Shown here one piece after another: positions 1-7,492 of a DNA stretch of 24,273 nt; position 1 is the stretch's first letter; each line of letters starts with the position of its first letter. Source of the stretch: an uncultured euryarchaeote (GTDB taxonomy: Archaea > Thermoplasmatota > Poseidoniia > Poseidoniales > Poseidoniaceae); contig CALGEM010000263.1 of assembly GCA_937881505.1 (NCBI GenBank), positions 1 to 24,273 of the forward strand, in the 5' to 3' direction. The notes beneath the pieces were generated by a model. It had not been told where the DNA came from, ran no database searches, and worked only from the letters and a program-made list of their open reading frames with translations. Position numbers and translations under genes: made by a program.

Positions 1-79
1 TGAGTACCATCAGGACGACCATGGAAAGGGCTCGTTGGCGACGAGGACCAAGACGGTCACCTTTCCGGGTGAGTTTCAT
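1..79 (-). CDS. 5' fragment of a gene running off the left edge; probable secreted or membrane protein
   Basis: Not in the ORF track. The reverse complement from ATG at 79 reads MKLTRKGDRLGPRRQRALSMVVLMVL with no stop: a basic n-region followed by a hydrophobic stretch, like a signal peptide. It is divergent from maeB across an AT-richer intergenic region. Confidence 0.55.
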   Translation of the reverse strand, partial: MKLTRKGDRLGPRRQRALSMVVLMVL

Positions 80-296
80 GCGTTGTGGTGTATTTTTCAC
101 TTATTTGAAGGGAAGCCTTCGCTGTCTGTACAATGCTCAGCAGAATCGCAGGTTTTTTTCCAGGATTATTGCTTTCTCTTTCATCCACCACCAAGCTGTT
201 CGGATTGGCGCCAATGTTTGGAAAAGACGCAAGGCAGCATGGTGGGTTCGCACAACAATCAAACCCTGCCTTCTTCCCCTTTTTTCGGGGAAGCCC

Positions 297-2621
297 ATGT
301 CCATGAGCAAAAAAGACCGGATGCTGCGCAAAGAAGCGCTTGAGTATCACGAGGCTGAACCGCAAGGGAAAATCAAGGTTGTACCGACCAAACCTCATTC
401 CACCGCTCACGAGTTGAGTTTGGCGTATTCCCCCGGTGTGGCCTATCCCTGTTTGGAGATTGAGAAGCGACCCGAAGACGCTTATCGCTACACTTCCAAA
501 GGCAACTTGGTTGCCGTGATTTCCAACGGCACGGCCGTGCTCGGCTTGGGCAACATCGGCGCTCTGGCCAGCAAACCTGTCATGGAGGGCAAGGGGTTGC
601 TGCTCAAGACCTTCGCCGGTATTGACGTGTTTGACATCGAAGTGGACACCGAAGACCCTGAGGAATTCATCAACACCGTGGTCAACATCTCGAAGACCTT
701 CGGGGGCATCAACCTCGAGGACATCAAGGCTCCTGAGTGTTTTGAAATCGAACGTCGCATCGCGGAAGCGACCGACATTCCCGTCATGCACGACGACCAG
801 CACGGCACGGCCATCATCTCCGCAGCGGCCCTGCTCAACGCCGCCGAACTCCAAGGCAAGGACCTCGCCGGCCTCTCGGTGGTCGTCATCGGCGCCGGTG
901 CATCGGCTATCGCCTGTGCGAACCACTACGTGGCTGTGGGCGTGAGCATGGACAACATCACGCTGGTCGACAGTCAAGGCATCATCACAAAGGCTCGCTT
1001 GGATGCGGGTGAATTGAACGAATACAAGGCACCCTTTGCACAAGACCGCCCCGCCGGTGACTTGGCGGACGCTCTGAAGGGTGCTGATGTCATGTTGGGC
1101 CTTTCTCGCGGGGGCTTGGTCACCAAGGACATGGTCGCCAGCATGGCGGACAAACCCATCATTTTCGCACTGGCCAACCCGACCCCAGAAATCCTCCCCG
1201 AACAGGTGCTTCAGGTGCGCAAGGACGCCATTATCGCCACGGGACGTTCCGACTACCCCAATCAGGTGAACAACGTGCTCGGTTTCCCCTACATTTTCCG
1301 AGGCGCCCTGGACGTTCGTGCCCGAGACATCACGCAGAATATGAAAATGGCCGCAACCAAAGCGCTTGCAGCTCTTGCAAAGGAGCCTGTACCCGATTAC
1401 ATCTCGGCCGCCTACGATGGGGTGGTCATGCAATACGGACCCGAATACATCATCCCCAAACCCTTCGACCGACGGGTGCTTCTTTGGGAGGCCGCCGCAG
1501 TAGCGCAAGCCGCCATCGACGAGGGGATTGCCGGCGTTTCGGCTGATGAGTTCAACATCGACCGATACAAGGAGGAACTCGAGGCTCGTCTTGGCGAATC
1601 CTACTCCGTGATGCGTCAAATGATCAACCAGGTCAAGGGCAAAGGCAAGCGCATCGTGTTCCCCGAAGGCGACAAAGAGCCCGTGTTGCGAGCAGCCGCT
1701 CAATTGGTGGAGCAAAACATCTGCCACCCCATCCTCCTGGGCCCGGTGGACCGCATCGACCGGATGGTGGAGGAATTGGGCCTGAACTTCGAATACGAAG
1801 CCTACGACCCTCGCTACGACGAGCGACGAAAAACGGAGTACGCCAACGCCTTTTTCAAACGCCGTCAACGCAAAGGAACGACCTGGCCCGATGCGGCTCG
1901 CCTGCTCAAGAGCCGGCCTTACTTTGCCGCCCAAATGGTCCACGCTGGTGATGCGGACGGCTTTGTGGGAGGCGTCAGTCGAAATTACGCGGATGTGCTC
2001 AGGCCAACGCTGGAACTCATTGGCAAGGCCGACGATGCCCACTGCGTCATCGGTTGCTACATGATGAACATCAAATGCCGAACGATTTTCCTCGCCGACG
2101 CCACGGTGAACGTCTATCCTGACAGCCGAACGCTGGCGGAAATTGCCGTTCAGACGGCCAAGGTTGCTCGCCGTTTCGGGGTTGCTCCACGCGTCGCCAT
2201 GCTCTCGTTTTCCAACTTTGGTTCAACCAGAGCGCAGCGTTCAGAACGCATTGAGGAAGCGGTTATCATGGCCCGTACGCTGGACCCGACGCTGATGATC
2301 GACGGGCCTATGCAGAGCGACACCGCCCTCAACCCCGCCATTCAGGAAGAATACCCGTTCATGAAACTCGTCGGGCCGGCCAATGTGTTGATTCTGCCCA
2401 ATCTGGCCTCGGCCAACATCGCCTACAAACTCCTCGAGGAACTCGGCGATGCCGAAATGACGGGCCCCATCCTCGAAGGCATGGCTCACCCCGTGCAACT
2501 GGTCGCTCGCCAAGACGGCGTGCGGCACATCGTCAACATGGCCACGATTTGCACGGCTGACGCTATCCGAAAGGACACTTATTGGGCGACGCTCATCGAC
2601 GACGACTCCACTTCGTCGTAG
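297..2621 (+). CDS. maeB: NADP-dependent malic enzyme fused to a C-terminal phosphotransacetylase-like domain (MaeB type)
   Basis: Malic enzyme motifs LSLAYSPGVA, NLVAVISNGTAVLGLGNIG, FGGINLEDIKAPECF, HDDQHGTA, IATGRSDYPNQVNNVLGFP. PTA-like domain motifs KRIVFPEG, RVAMLSFSNFGS, IDGPMQSD, ANVLILPNL, GPILEG. Start moved from 21 to ATG 297 (303 is an alternative) because the first 92 aa of the track ORF lack family features. Confidence 0.95.
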   Translation: MSMSKKDRMLRKEALEYHEAEPQGKIKVVPTKPHSTAHELSLAYSPGVAYPCLEIEKRPEDAYRYTSKGNLVAVISNGTAVLGLGNIGALASKPVMEGKGLLLKTFAGIDVFDIEVDTEDPEEFINTVVNISKTFGGINLEDIKAPECFEIERRIAEATDIPVMHDDQHGTAIISAAALLNAAELQGKDLAGLSVVVIGAGASAIACANHYVAVGVSMDNITLVDSQGIITKARLDAGELNEYKAPFAQDRPAGDLADALKGADVMLGLSRGGLVTKDMVASMADKPIIFALANPTPEILPEQVLQVRKDAIIATGRSDYPNQVNNVLGFPYIFRGALDVRARDITQNMKMAATKALAALAKEPVPDYISAAYDGVVMQYGPEYIIPKPFDRRVLLWEAAAVAQAAIDEGIAGVSADEFNIDRYKEELEARLGESYSVMRQMINQVKGKGKRIVFPEGDKEPVLRAAAQLVEQNICHPILLGPVDRIDRMVEELGLNFEYEAYDPRYDERRKTEYANAFFKRRQRKGTTWPDAARLLKSRPYFAAQMVHAGDADGFVGGVSRNYADVLRPTLELIGKADDAHCVIGCYMMNIKCRTIFLADATVNVYPDSRTLAEIAVQTAKVARRFGVAPRVAMLSFSNFGSTRAQRSERIEEAVIMARTLDPTLMIDGPMQSDTALNPAIQEEYPFMKLVGPANVLILPNLASANIAYKLLEELGDAEMTGPILEGMAHPVQLVARQDGVRHIVNMATICTADAIRKDTYWATLIDDDSTSS

Positions 2622-3445
2622 CGCAACACCGGTCGTCGTGGACGCCAGATAGCGCCGGTGAAGAAACCGGCGCACAACCCTCCGAACAGGAGGTTGACCC
2701 ATCCTTCGGTGGCGTAGTCGCCCATGCCCCTGAGCACCGGAATAAGGAAGGAAGGCACGATGCCCAACACGGTCGTCCACAGGAGTTCAGAGCGGACGTT
2801 CTTCCACCGGTCAGTGTTCTCAGGGACCCGTTTGGACTCCTCGGTGCGAACGGGTGTTAACGCCAGCCTGGCCACAACCTTGGGCAGCGGCCGGTCCAGC
2901 GGCACGCTGGTCATGGCGGTTATGGTCTCGTTTCGGGGGTGGACGGCGATGGCAGCGCTTTGTGCCGCCGCAGGACCGAGCAATTCGTTGGGACGTGGTC
3001 GTCCGTCCATCATCGCCCCTCGGTTGTTGGAGGACGGTGCGTCGGCCAAGCGTTCGGTCAGTCCGTTTTCGAGCAGGAGCACGTTTTGGTCGCGGGCAGC
3101 TCGCCATTCGGCTTGAGTGAGGCTGCGGAGTTCCCACTGACCATCGAGTTGGTTCACCGCCTCGTCAAATGCAGGCGACTTCATCAGGTGGTCGGCCAGT
3201 TCGCGAAGCTCGAGGGAGGTCAGCGTTTCCGTGGTGCGTTGCTGCTCATCCCTGTCGCCATTCACGCCCATGGCGCTGGCGACTTCGCCGTCGGTGAGCG
3301 GCGAGGGCATGACGTAGAAGGCCGGCGTTTTTGCTTCGTAAGACGGTCGTTGGCCCGCATAGACCCAGCCGCCCTTGGTTGTGCCCATGACGGTGGTAGC
3401 CGATTCCACCTGAACGAATTCAAGACCGTTGAGGCTGATGCTCAC
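2579..3445 (-). CDS. Degenerate FGE-sulfatase (SUMF1)-like domain protein with two C-terminal TM helices
   Basis: FVQVESATTVMGT...RPSYEAKTPAFYVMPSPLT and LRSLTQAEWRAAR resemble the FGE-sulfatase patterns (F..IP.G.F.MG; P.H.V....FYI...PVT; RLPTEAEWE.AAR). Hydrophobic segments LLWTTVLGIVPSFLIPVL and WVNLLFGGLCAGFFTGAIW. The 3' end overlaps the 3' end of maeB by 43 nt. Confidence 0.6.
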   Translation of the reverse strand: MSISLNGLEFVQVESATTVMGTTKGGWVYAGQRPSYEAKTPAFYVMPSPLTDGEVASAMGVNGDRDEQQRTTETLTSLELRELADHLMKSPAFDEAVNQLDGQWELRSLTQAEWRAARDQNVLLLENGLTERLADAPSSNNRGAMMDGRPRPNELLGPAAAQSAAIAVHPRNETITAMTSVPLDRPLPKVVARLALTPVRTEESKRVPENTDRWKNVRSELLWTTVLGIVPSFLIPVLRGMGDYATEGWVNLLFGGLCAGFFTGAIWRPRRPVLRYDEVESSSMSVAQ

Positions 3446-3454
3446 GACGACCCC

Positions 3455-4165
3455 TCAATTTAACGATGCTTCCATGCGCTTGTACCACGCCATGCCGTTG
3501 GCATGGTCGGCCAGTTGTTCGAATTGTGGATAGGGGGAAACGGAACGCATGTAGCCGAACGCAGCAAAGTCAACCAGGTCCGGTGAATCGCCTCCAAAGA
3601 ACGGCTTTCCCTCGTGAGCATCGGTGAATTCCGTCAACAGGTCGTGCCAGAGTTGCTTGGGTTTTCGGCCGTCGTTCTTGACTCGCTTTCGAGCGATGAT
3701 GCCCCACATGATGGGGAAGCCTGCCCAGGCGTAGAGTCGCTTGGAAATGAAGCCAAAATTCTCAATTTTTGAGATGCGTGTGGTCGTCTTCAACGCTGAG
3801 CCAAGGCTGCCGTAGAGAATGGGCACGGTGGCCTTCGACAGGTGTGTGTCTACCCACTGCATCCAGGTGTCCTGACGGGCTTTGTCGCCTTGTTCGGCCA
3901 TTTTTCCGCCGTTGTACTTCTCGTCGATGACGCGGAGAATTGGCGTGGAGTCAACATGGTGTTGGCCTTCTTCATCGGTGAACACCGGCACCTTCCCCCA
4001 GTCACCCGTGAACGCCACGTCCTTCTTGATGCGCATCCCGTTGACGGGGACGTAGGTTGTGTCCACGTTGAGGTGCTCAAGCAAGCCGCGTACTTTCCAG
4101 CAGAACGGGCAGGAATAGAGGAGGTGCAAGGTGGGGGTTTGACCCATGGTCTGCCCTGCAGGCAT
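3455..4165 (-). CDS. Glutathione S-transferase/glutaredoxin-fold protein, prostaglandin E synthase 2 (mPGES-2)-like
   Basis: [14 protein letters not shown] (CPFC), WGKVPV (cis-Pro), VDSTPI, and C-terminal [19 protein letters not shown]-capping motif. Start is uncertain: TTG 4177, ATG 4165 or ATG 4147. Confidence 0.85.
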   Translation of the reverse strand: MPAGQTMGQTPTLHLLYSCPFCWKVRGLLEHLNVDTTYVPVNGMRIKKDVAFTGDWGKVPVFTDEEGQHHVDSTPILRVIDEKYNGGKMAEQGDKARQDTWMQWVDTHLSKATVPILYGSLGSALKTTTRISKIENFGFISKRLYAWAGFPIMWGIIARKRVKNDGRKPKQLWHDLLTEFTDAHEGKPFFGGDSPDLVDFAAFGYMRSVSPYPQFEQLADHANGMAWYKRMEASLN

Positions 4166-4173
4166 GACCTTCT

Positions 4174-4518
4174 TCAAGCCTCGTTCTCTTCATCAAGGCC
4201 TGGTTTCCATCCCGCTTTCCAAAAACTGAGGTCGTCCAACCAACCCAGCCATTCTTTGTCGGTGCAGTTTAGCAAACGGAATGCACGGCCTTCCAATCCT
4301 TCTCGAAGCGAAGGCGCCATGTCACCCCTGTCCATGGCTTCTTTCCATTCCACCTGCATGTGGCGAATACGACGGCGGGCTTCTTCTGGCTGGTCAAAAT
4401 TCATCTCGCACGCATCACGCAGTTCCGCCAACCATGTGCGCGTGTCTTTCAGAATCGGGTCGTTGCTGTTGGAGGTTTTCTTGGCCTTTTTCCCAAACGG
4501 CCACCAGCCCATGAACAT
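4174..4518 (-). CDS. Hypothetical Trp-rich helical protein
   Basis: Fills the gap between the GST gene and rlmH. Its stop (4174-4176) lies just upstream of the GST start, suggesting an operon. Start is uncertain: 4551, 4539, 4518 or 4512. Confidence 0.7.
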   Translation of the reverse strand: MFMGWWPFGKKAKKTSNSNDPILKDTRTWLAELRDACEMNFDQPEEARRRIRHMQVEWKEAMDRGDMAPSLREGLEGRAFRLLNCTDKEWLGWLDDLSFWKAGWKPGLDEENEA

Positions 4519-4591
4519 CGGTTGTTGTCGTTGGTTCATGGTCTTGTCCATGCGCCAACGAATTCAAGAGGCGGCTTTGCGAGAGCAGTTC

Positions 4592-5026
4592 ATGGCCCGG
4601 TTGACCGTCCACACGCATGGCGTTCCCAAAGAAAAGGCGATGAAACACCTCATCGAGATGTACGGTGAGCGACTCAAAGGCCGAGGTGTCAGCGTTGAGC
4701 ATCACGCTGCAAAGATGGACGCTACCGCCTACGCTGAACGTTTGCTCTCCAAGCGGGGGCGTTTGATTCTCCTCGACGAAGCAGGTGTGCAAGAACCCTC
4801 ACTGGCCTTTGCAGCCCGATACGAAACGTGGCAGTTGGGCAGCGAGGCGGTTCATCTTGCCTTGGGTCCTGCCGAAGGTTGGCCTGCTCATGCAGGGCTG
4901 GAAGCTTTGGAGCGACTTTCCCTCTCTTCCATGACCTTCCCTCATGAATTGGCTGCGGTGATGCTGGTTGAACAACTCTACAGAGCCAGCGAGGTCCAGC
5001 GCGGTTCGGGATATCACAAAGCATGA
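4592..5026 (+). CDS. rlmH: 23S rRNA (pseudouridine1915-N3)-methyltransferase RlmH-like SPOUT protein
   Basis: The last 144 aa of track ORF 3842..5026 carry [16 protein letters not shown] and [24 protein letters not shown]...GSGYHK, the RlmH SPOUT motifs. In-frame ATG at 4592. Confidence 0.88.
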   Translation: MARLTVHTHGVPKEKAMKHLIEMYGERLKGRGVSVEHHAAKMDATAYAERLLSKRGRLILLDEAGVQEPSLAFAARYETWQLGSEAVHLALGPAEGWPAHAGLEALERLSLSSMTFPHELAAVMLVEQLYRASEVQRGSGYHKA

Positions 5027-5052
5027 TATCGGTCGGCCGATAGGCGCAACCA

Positions 5053-5826
5053 ATGGATGCGATGTTTCTGGACGAAACTTCGGGAAAATGGCTTGCCCTG
5101 GCCGTTCTCGCGGTCGTTTCCACTTCGCTCATCGCAGGCAGTCGCCACCAACCCTTCCCCGAAATCTCCGGCCGTTTCGGCTGGATTTTAGCGAGTATCA
5201 CGGGGCTTCTCGCTTTGGGTGAATCCGCTCCTCGCCCAATGTCCTTGACCGCGTTGCTCATTGTGGTGTTGGGCTTGGGCAGTTATGGCGTGCTCGTCGG
5301 GGTGCATCACATGGTTCGCACACGCCGGGACGTGTTCATCGCTCCCATGTCCGGTTTTGTGTTTTGCACCGGTGCGGGCGGGTTGATGGTCATGACATGG
5401 CCGGACTTGAACACGCTTGAACAGTGGGCTGGTTTTCTCCTGCTGGTGCTTCTGGGTGGCGGCCAAACTTGGATGGTGTTTCGAGGTCTGCTCATTGGTC
5501 GTCTTCCCCTTGCATGGAGCCAAGCCGGCATGGTCGCCCTCCAACGCCGTCAACTCCACGGCCCGCACGGGGCCATCTCTTGCTTTGAGCGAGGCTGGGA
5601 CGCTGACGAAGAACACCTCAACCCGATGGCGTACATCGCTTTGCATCGCATTCACGTATACCTTGACCAGCCTAAGGAGGCACGTCGGTGGCTGGAAGCC
5701 TTCGAAGACGCTGGTGGTGAGGCAGCGGTTGCACCCGAATGGATCGGTGCCATTCATGAAGCCCTAACCGAAATGGGTGGTGATTTCACCTCTTTGATTC
5801 CTGTTCATGGTACGGAAGAGGGTTGA
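5053..5826 (+). CDS. Hypothetical polytopic membrane protein (about 5 TM) with a C-terminal TPR-like helical region
   Basis: Hydrophobic segments through about residue 150, then GAISCFERGW...MAYIALHRIHVYLDQPKEARRWL, which reads like a TPR helix pair. Co-oriented with rlmH, 26 nt gap. Confidence 0.7.
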   Translation: MDAMFLDETSGKWLALAVLAVVSTSLIAGSRHQPFPEISGRFGWILASITGLLALGESAPRPMSLTALLIVVLGLGSYGVLVGVHHMVRTRRDVFIAPMSGFVFCTGAGGLMVMTWPDLNTLEQWAGFLLLVLLGGGQTWMVFRGLLIGRLPLAWSQAGMVALQRRQLHGPHGAISCFERGWDADEEHLNPMAYIALHRIHVYLDQPKEARRWLEAFEDAGGEAAVAPEWIGAIHEALTEMGGDFTSLIPVHGTEEG

Positions 5827-5860
5827 ATTTGCACTTTTCCGGGGGAAAGTGATACAAATT
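5826..5860 (+). terminator. Stem-loop directly after the stop codon (possible terminator or stability hairpin)
   Basis: aatttg (5826-5831) pairs with caaatt (5855-5860); cacttt (5832-5837) pairs with aaagtg (5846-5851); 3-nt bulge. Confidence 0.45.
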
Positions 5861-5876
5861 AAACGAGGACTTATAT
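5861..5876 (+). promoter_or_regulatory. Archaeal BRE/TATA-like promoter, probably giving a leaderless transcript
   Basis: aaacga (5861-5866) followed by ttatat (5871-5876), which ends 22 nt before ATG 5899. This spacing is typical of leaderless archaeal mRNAs. Confidence 0.5.
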
Positions 5877-5898
5877 CCCTCAAGGTCGATGTAACACC

Positions 5899-6189
5899 AT
5901 GAAGCATCTGCGGGAAGCACCTGATGATTGGCCCATGGGTAACATCCTTTGGTTCGCCGTGCTCGTTTGGTTCTCCTCGAGTTTACTTTCACAATCGGCC
6001 TACATGGCTATTCACGGCCTTCCCTACGATGCCGTTTCCATGCTGGAGTCCCTCGGGCCCGTCTACTACCTGGTGGTCGTCCTTGAACTCGTGATGTGGG
6101 GTGGGCTTCTCGTCATGGGCTGGCTCAAACTCAGTCGTTCTCGTCGCTCCCGTCGAACATCTTCGTCCGTGCCGGTGACTCCAACTTGA
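5899..6189 (+). CDS. Small hypothetical membrane protein (2 TM, basic C-tail)
   Basis: 96 aa. Hydrophobic ILWFAVLVWFSSSLL and YYLVVVLELVMWGGLLVMGWL segments, then the positive-inside tail KLSRSRRSRR. TATA-like element upstream. Confidence 0.7.
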   Translation: MKHLREAPDDWPMGNILWFAVLVWFSSSLLSQSAYMAIHGLPYDAVSMLESLGPVYYLVVVLELVMWGGLLVMGWLKLSRSRRSRRTSSSVPVTPT

Positions 6190-6195
6190 GCACAT

Positions 6196-6255
6196 TCATT
6201 CGGAAGTTGATTTTTCGTCAAAAAACGAAGATTCTTCATGCGCAACTTCCGATGA
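6196..6255. repeat. Intergenic inverted repeat with nested hairpins
   Basis: tcggaagttg (6200-6209) and caacttccga (6243-6252) are perfect reverse complements, extendable with one bulge to 6196/6255. Inner ttcgt/acgaa hairpin at 6214-6229. Confidence 0.75.
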
Positions 6256-6285
6256 GTAAAAGAAGCGTCAAGTGAAGGAGTAGCC

Positions 6286-6771
6286 GTGACTACACCTTCC
6301 GACGAACCTCTCTATTCGGGTCTACCGATGGAGTTGGACGAGCTTTCTCCCGAGGCAGCGTTGCCCTATCCGCTGCCAGAAGGTGCGCTTGTGGTCACCA
6401 TTGAACAGGCGCGAGCATCGCTACCAGAGGCAAGCAACGTCCTCATGGTCCTCCAGGCCATGAGCGATGAAGCGCATGATTTGACCAACGAGTTGGAACT
6501 GCTCCTTGACCGCTACACCATGACGCATCCGCATGTGATGGAAGTGGCTGAACATCTCGGACAACTGGTCACCCAGTGGCAAGCGAGCGTTGCCCGCCTC
6601 GAGAGCATCGGCGCTCGCATCGTCTCAATGGACCCTGGGCGTTTGGAATGGTACGGAGTGGTCGACCACCGCATGGCCTTGTTTTCTTGGGCAGTTGGCG
6701 AGGCCGACATCGAGTGGTATTATCGCATGGAAGAGGGCTTTCCTTCCCGCAAACCCCTCATAGAGGCATGA
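6286..6771 (+). CDS. DUF2203 family protein
   Basis: T.EQARASLP N-terminal helix, a coiled region, then GARIVSMDPGRLEW...LFSWAVGEADIEWYYRMEEGFPSRKPL, matching the DUF2203 C-terminal pattern (W..GE..I..W....EGF..R.P). GTG start with AAGGAG at 6275-6280. Confidence 0.75.
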   Translation: MTTPSDEPLYSGLPMELDELSPEAALPYPLPEGALVVTIEQARASLPEASNVLMVLQAMSDEAHDLTNELELLLDRYTMTHPHVMEVAEHLGQLVTQWQASVARLESIGARIVSMDPGRLEWYGVVDHRMALFSWAVGEADIEWYYRMEEGFPSRKPLIEA

Positions 6772-6794
6772 TGTCGCAGGGCTGAGGTCGGTCC

Positions 6795-7490
6795 ATGGTC
6801 AAGATCAATCGCGTGTACACGGGCGGCGGCGATGGCGGCGAATCCTCGCTGGTTGACGGGTCGCGTCGCAGAAAATCAGACCCCCGGTTCAGCGTGGTCG
6901 GGACATGCGACGAGGCCAACAGTTGGCTCGGGATGGTGTTGGCCGAAATCAACCGTGTTCCCGACCACGAAGACGGTGGGGAGCGAACCAGCGTCCAACG
7001 GGTTCAAACGGTCCTCAATGAAGCACTCGCTCGCGTCCAAAACGAACTGTTCGACCTCGGTGCTGAGTTGGCTTGCCCACCGGAAGCGTTGCCGGAGTAC
7101 ATGGTGCTCCTCTCGCAGGGCCAAACGGACGTGTTGATGGCGGAAATGGACGCCTGGTTGGTTTCCCTTCCCGAATTGACGAGTTTTATCCTCCCCGCAG
7201 GCTCCCCACCGGTGGCGTGTTTGCAGGTCGCTCGTACGGTCGTCCGCCGACTTGAACGGGACATCGTGCAACTTCAGGAGCACGAAGGGGAAGCGGCCGT
7301 TCGCCCGCTCGTCAAGGTCTACGTCAACCGCCTTTCCGATTGGCTATTTGTTATGGGCCGATGGGTGAGCACGATGCTGAACGAAGAAGAGGCGTTGTGG
7401 GTTCCTCTCGGAAAGCGACCGGCCGAGAAAGGGGTTGCACACCGGGTTGAACAAATGCAAGCCAGCGATGATGATTTTTCGTCGCTTTGA
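6795..7490 (+). CDS. pduO: ATP:cob(I)alamin adenosyltransferase, PduO/MMAB type
   Basis: KINRVYTGGGDGGESSL, VGTCDEANSWLG, VQNELFDLGAELA, FILPAG, ARTVVRRLER, YVNRLSDWLFVMGR. Confidence 0.92.
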   Translation: MVKINRVYTGGGDGGESSLVDGSRRRKSDPRFSVVGTCDEANSWLGMVLAEINRVPDHEDGGERTSVQRVQTVLNEALARVQNELFDLGAELACPPEALPEYMVLLSQGQTDVLMAEMDAWLVSLPELTSFILPAGSPPVACLQVARTVVRRLERDIVQLQEHEGEAAVRPLVKVYVNRLSDWLFVMGRWVSTMLNEEEALWVPLGKRPAEKGVAHRVEQMQASDDDFSSL

Positions 7491-7492
7491 AC

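Noticed and set aside
21-296. 92-aa N-terminal extension of the malic enzyme
   Set aside because: It has no family features, overlaps the probable divergent gene at 1-79 and crosses AT-richer intergenic-looking sequence.
57-2042. 661-aa antisense ORF opposite maeB
   Set aside because: It shadows a strongly conserved gene and has no recognisable motifs. Long antisense frames are expected with GC-rich, C-ending codon bias.
3842-4591. Apparent 250-aa N-terminal fusion to RlmH
   Set aside because: It lies antisense to two better-supported genes. RlmH motifs begin only after ATG 4592.
6196-6285. Cobalamin riboswitch upstream of DUF2203-pduO
   Set aside because: Too short, and I see no B12-box or other cobalamin riboswitch consensus. 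Kept only as an unexplained inverted repeat.
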